From NCBI RefSeq assembly GCF_009914755.1, contig NC_060934.1: a DNA stretch of 64,000 nt; one strand, written 5' to 3'. This document shows, piece by piece, positions 59,371 through 64,000 of the stretch. Each line of letters opens with the position of its first letter. The stretch's first letter is position 1. This DNA is from the human T2T-CHM13v2.0 reference genome, Homo sapiens. The notes beneath the pieces were generated by a model. It did not search any database and had not been told where the DNA came from. It saw nothing but the letters and a program-made list of their open reading frames with translations. The position numbers and the translations under genes were made by a program.

Positions 59371-59967
59371 TATAAAACAAAGAGTGTCTGGGACAAATCT
59401 CAATTCATTTAGAAGTTTATTTTCCCAAGGTTAATGACATACCTGTGACACAGTCTCAGGGGGTACTAATGACATGTGCCCAAGGTGCTCAGGCTACAAC
59501 TTGGTTTTATACATTTTAGGGAGACAGGAGACATCAATTAATAGATGTACGATGTACATTGGTTTGGTCCAGAAAGGCAGGACAACTGGAAGTGGGGGCT
59601 TCCAGGTCATAAGTAGATTCAAAGATTTTCCGCTGGGCAATTTGTTGAGTTGTTAGCTAAAGACCTGGAATCAATAGAAAGGAATGTCTGGATGAAGATA
59701 CAGGTTTATGGAAGCCAAGGTTCTATCATGCAGATGAAGCTTCCCACTTAAGAGACAATAGATGGCAAATGTTTCTTATCAGAGTTAAAGGATTTGTTCT
59801 ACCAGTCTTAAGGTCTGTGTTGATGTTAATGGTAATAAGGCTTATCCAACTATCCCTTCCCATCATAGCCTCAGCTAGTTTTTCAGGTTAACTTTGGAAT
59901 GCCCTGGGCAGAGAGGAGACATCCATTCAGATGGCTGGGGGACTTAGAATTTTAATTTTTGTTTCCA
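59371..59967 (-). mobile_element. MER4-family solo LTR (ERV1)
   Basis: TTTAGAAGTTTATTTT.CCAAGG..GACATGTGCCCAAGGTG..TTGGTTTTATACATTTTAGGGAGACA..CTTAGAATTTTA. Confidence 0.88.
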
Positions 59968-59989
59968 ATTCGTACACCTTTCCTCAGTC

Positions 59990-60310
59990 TGAGCTAGGTA
60001 GCTGTGGCTGGTGCTGTTAACCCCATTTGAGAGAATGTGAAAATGAGACTCACAGGGGCTTAGTGATTCATTTCAGTCCACCAGGTGAGTGCCTGGCCAA
60101 GCTGGGGGTCATGGAAATTCATCCTTTCCCCCACAAGAAAAGACGTGAGTCACTGTCTTCACTGTTCACATGAGAAAGTCACAAGACCCAGAGAAATTAG
60201 GCAAATTCTCACACGTCATTCAGACAGTGAGTCGCAGAAAGGCTGGCTAGGATCCAGGTTATCTGACTCTGAGGTTTATAATCTTTCCTCTACATCATGC
60301 TGCTTCTAAA
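59990..60310 (-). mobile_element. MIR fragments
   Basis: CCCCATTT.AGAGA..GAAAATGAGACTCA and GACCCAGAGA..TCTGACTC. Confidence 0.55.
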
Positions 60311-61394
60311 ACCCTGGCTAAGGTCCTAGACTTCCCTCAGATACCAGGAGCAGTGTCCTTAAAACAACCCTAAAGTAGTGATTCTAGGGTGCCTACCTCT
60401 AAGTAGCCCATTTTTCAGTCCTGGCAGGAAATCTGGGACAGGTAGATTCAAGTCTCTGCCCGGGGTGCTCAGGAATCCTTCCATGGCCTTGTAGAGGTGA
60501 GGCCACTGTCTGGGGGTTTTATTTGCCTCCAGGGCTATAGAAACTTGTGCTGCCCTAAGGTATGACATAGCAGGCATGTGAGTGCACACATGTGCACGTA
60601 CACACACACACACACAGGCTTTTATAATCTCCCTCTATTTGGGGTGCAGAGATGGGAAGAAACATCATCTTAAAGTTAATTTGTTATTTTCTGTGGCAAT
60701 GGGGTCAAGAAAAGATTGGCTATTTGAAACCCACAGATAATCCCCAGCCCTCTATTTTAGCCATTATTTTTTAACATTTCACAGAGGTGCTTATGAGCAA
60801 GGAAATGTGTAAAATGCACCCTGAAGCCAGAAAAACAGGAACCAGAACAATTCACAAACTGAATTATCAGCCCCAACTGGAGAGTAAGTTGTATAATAAA
60901 AGGCACAATTTTCAGTCCCAAATTGAGAGTAAGTGGTGTAATCAAAGACGGAATCACACTGGCTATTCTACCTCTAATTCCCTTCTGATAACTTTCCTGC
61001 CCTTTACGACCACCAGCCACGAAGGTACCCAGTGTCTCTGTGTTCCACCCTCAACTGCTCTGGACAGCCCACCTTGGCAGCCCAACAGGTCTGCCTTCCT
61101 GGCCAAGCTCTGTCTCAGGTGTTCTCCACTCAGTTTCATGTTAGATCTACCAGCAAAGCTTGTGGAAAATACCAAGGACTGGCCCCTCCCTCATCAGTTA
61201 AGTCAGAAACTTTATAAATTCTTCAACTGATGCTTTTGCTAAAATCTAGGCTCTGGGCATTTCTTTTTTTCTGCCCTTTGTCCGTCAAAACTTATTTGTC
61301 TCTGTCTCATTCTTTTAAACCCTATTCCTCCAGGGCAAAATGCATGTGTTAAGTTGCTATGGTAGATGAATAAAATTGTCTATCCCTACTAAGC

Positions 61395-62050
61395 ACAAAA
61401 TAAATGCAAATTAAAACAATAAAGTAGACCTTCTCACTTATCACATTGATGATATTTTCAAACATTTAATTCCTGGTGTTCACGAGAATATAAAACATAT
61501 ACTCCTATTACCATTGAGTGACCATAAACTGATAGAATATATCTAAAAAAAGTGATTTCGTCATCTATGTTAAGACATAAAAGAGCTCAAACCCCATAAC
61601 CTAGAAATTTCATTTAATTCATTAAAAGGAAAGAGAAGATATATAGAAAATTAATTATGGGAACATTCAATATTGCGTTATTTATAATATCAAAAATGAT
61701 TTTTTAATGAAACATTTAATAATGGGATGGTTAAAGGTGTAACAGTGTATCCACTCTATGGAATAATATCAAAAGTTACATTTACAAATGTAGATAACAT
61801 GGGTATATGCTTTCAGTACATTAATACTAGTGGGAAAAACAAAACACAAAGTTGGGCATATAGTAAGTATATATGTATACATAAATATAGATGTATACAT
61901 TTAAAGAAAGATGTGAAATACTGAATGTTTATCTCTTGGTGGTGGGATTAAAGGTAACGTTTATTCTTTTCTCCTTTAGATTTCTTTATTTTGTAAGTGT
62001 TGTGACAAACTGTGTTACTTTTATAATCAGGAAAAACCAATGTATATTTT
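61395..62050 (+). mobile_element. L1ME-like old 3' fragment
   Basis: AAATAAATGCAAATTAAAACAA..GGGATGGTTAA..TGGAATA..TCTTGGTGGTGGGATTA. Confidence 0.7.
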
Positions 62051-63139
62051 ATTAAAAATTACTGTAGAAATGGAGGTTTGATCTGTTTCCCTTCTCTGTT
62101 AAGACGTTTGCACTTTTTAAGGAAACTGACTTTGATTAGAACAAAGATTTTCCATGAATGGGAATCTGTGGCAATTCAGTTCCCAGCCACTCAGCGTCCA
62201 CCGCCAAGAGAGGCTTTGTCACCAGTAGCTCTGCTGTGCCTCATTCCATGTGTATTTAGAACCCAAAGTCTCTCCTGCACTCAGTGTAAGGCATATTATC
62301 CTGGCATAGTGTGTGTTTGCTACCTGGGAGTCTATGTGTGTTCACACACACACCCCCACATACACACACATATCCTCTTGTAATTGGATATGTATTTGTT
62401 TCATTAAATTCACTCAGTCAGCAGTTTCTACACTAAACAGTCCCTGAGGCCAAAAGACAAAAAAAAAAATCCGTAATCAACATACTACTTTCAAGTGTGG
62501 AGTACCGACCTATTTATAAAAGGAAATTAAGTAAAACCGGTAATTATAACTAGCGTACAACCTTTCAACATAGTCAATGAGAAATGCAATTTGCTTAAAA
62601 TAATGAGATACTCTGGCAGGAACAATCTGTTCATATGCTGTTCCCAAGAGCCTCAGGATGGAAACGAAGCCCTGGCTGACATTTGATACTATCTGTCAGT
62701 TTATCAACTCTGTCTCAGGGTGAGTTTTACGATGGTGCTAGGAGGTTTGGGATGGAAAAAGGAAAAAGAAGAATCTCTGGGTAGATTTTTTCTACCCAGT
62801 TACAGGAAACCTGTTAGAAAATGGATTCCGATTTCTATTTTAAACGCTTGAACAAGTAAAATAATCAACCTCAGACCTTCCTTTCTGTGGGTTTCATTTA
62901 GCACCTTCCATTCCTTCATACTGTCAGCCAACCCAAAATGTTAAAGTCTCTGACACACTGCTTTGCTGGCTACTCACGACTTCCTTTGACTAAAAGTCAT
63001 CTGCATTTGTCTTTCAGAGTTCATATCTTATAAGATAAGACAAATACACAAAAGGTGAATTAAAGAGTGTCAAAACCAACTAATATCTACTGATTTGGGG
63101 AGCCTTTCCCTTAGCTAGTTACAGACAACCTCCTCCTGA

Positions 63140-63610
63140 TTTCATTCATTCATTTCCTCAGTCACTCAGCACATTTTATTGGCTACTGCTAAGTGCCAGC
63201 CACTCTGCTAGAGGTTGGGGGTAAAAGGGAAGAAAGCATGGGGGCGTTGCGGTGTCCTCAAAACCCCCAGATCCTAGCAGGGGAGTAGACCCATGAACAA
63301 GACATTTGGAAGCGTGGTGATAGGGATTTTGAAAATGTTTAGAAAGGATACCTACCTAACCCCACGTGAAGGGCCATAGGGAAAGTTTAGAAGAGAAGTG
63401 TCAAAGAAGAAATATAAGACAAAATATAAACCAAGTAGCAAAGGATGAGTTCAAGTTAACCAGGCTGAGAGAAAGGGCATTCCCAGTGGAGGGCTCAACA
63501 TGAGCAAAAGCAAGCAAGCCAGATCCACAGCCAACAAGCAGAGTGCTATTGTTAGGAACTGAAGTGGTGAGCAAGGAGTGGAGAGACATGATGGTAGGAG
63601 GGTCAGCAGA
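63140..63610 (-). mobile_element. L2 fragment
   Basis: TTCATTCATTCA..AAGTGCCAG.CACT.TGCTAG..GGCATTCC. Confidence 0.7.
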
Positions 63611-64000
63611 TACATCAGTTGGATTTTGCTGTATAACAAATCACCCCAAAACTTAGTGGCTTAAAATAACCATTTTATTTACTTATGATCCTATGAGTGA
63701 TTTGGGGTATCTTTTTGGTCTGGGCCAGCTTGGCCAGAGATGGAAGATCTAGAACGGCTTTGCTCATGCATCCAAGGTCTCCAGTAGAATGACTTGAGTG
63801 ACTTCACATGGTCTCTCATCCTCCAGAAAGTTCACCTTGGATTCTTCATATGAAGATGAAAAGTTCTCAGAGATCCATGAGTATGCAAACCCCAATGCCC
63901 AAGCATCTCTCAAGTCTTTTCTTGCTTTGTACTTCCAAATGTCCCATTAGCCATAGCAAGTCACCGGCCAAGTCCACACTTAATATGAGAGAAGACCTCA
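63611..64000 (-). mobile_element. MLT1 (H-like) MaLR LTR, runs off window
   Basis: TTGCTGTATAACAAATCACCCCAAAACTTAGTGGCTTAAAA..GTCCCATTAGCCA..GCAAGTCAC. Confidence 0.85.

Noticed and set aside
62777-62799. Perfect 9-bp inverted repeat with T5 loop (terminator-like)
   Set aside because: Chance-level frequency, and bacterial-type intrinsic terminators are irrelevant in primate nuclear DNA

Overview
Primate (very likely human/hominid) non-coding genomic DNA, AT-rich, with no CpG island. I cannot recognise any cellular protein-coding exon, RNA gene or the locus itself. About half of the window is interspersed repeats: ~11 Alus, L1 fragments of several ages, ~18 solo LTRs or LTR fragments (MER41, MER57, MER4, THE1, MLT1, LTR16/33 types), DNA transposon relics (Tigger2a, MER33, MER3, MER5, MER58), and MIR/L2/L3. 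The only recognisable protein-coding sequences are broken L1 ORF2 pieces and an old L1 ORF1 relic. LTRs and young L1s are almost all on the minus strand, which suggests an intron of a plus-strand transcription unit. I found no evidence for a new biological system. The most unusual observations are: a local ~230-bp inverted duplication containing a G4 motif and a splice donor (32106-33826); four shared non-consensus substitutions between two L1 copies of different subfamily 21.3 kb apart (possible gene conversion); a short L1HS-like insertion without a TSD; a template-switched AluY; a MER41B LTR with intact tandem GAS/STAT sites; and candidate plus-strand lncRNA exons. Repeat subfamily names come from memory of consensus sequences and need RepeatMasker/Dfam confirmation; boundaries of old repeats are approximate.
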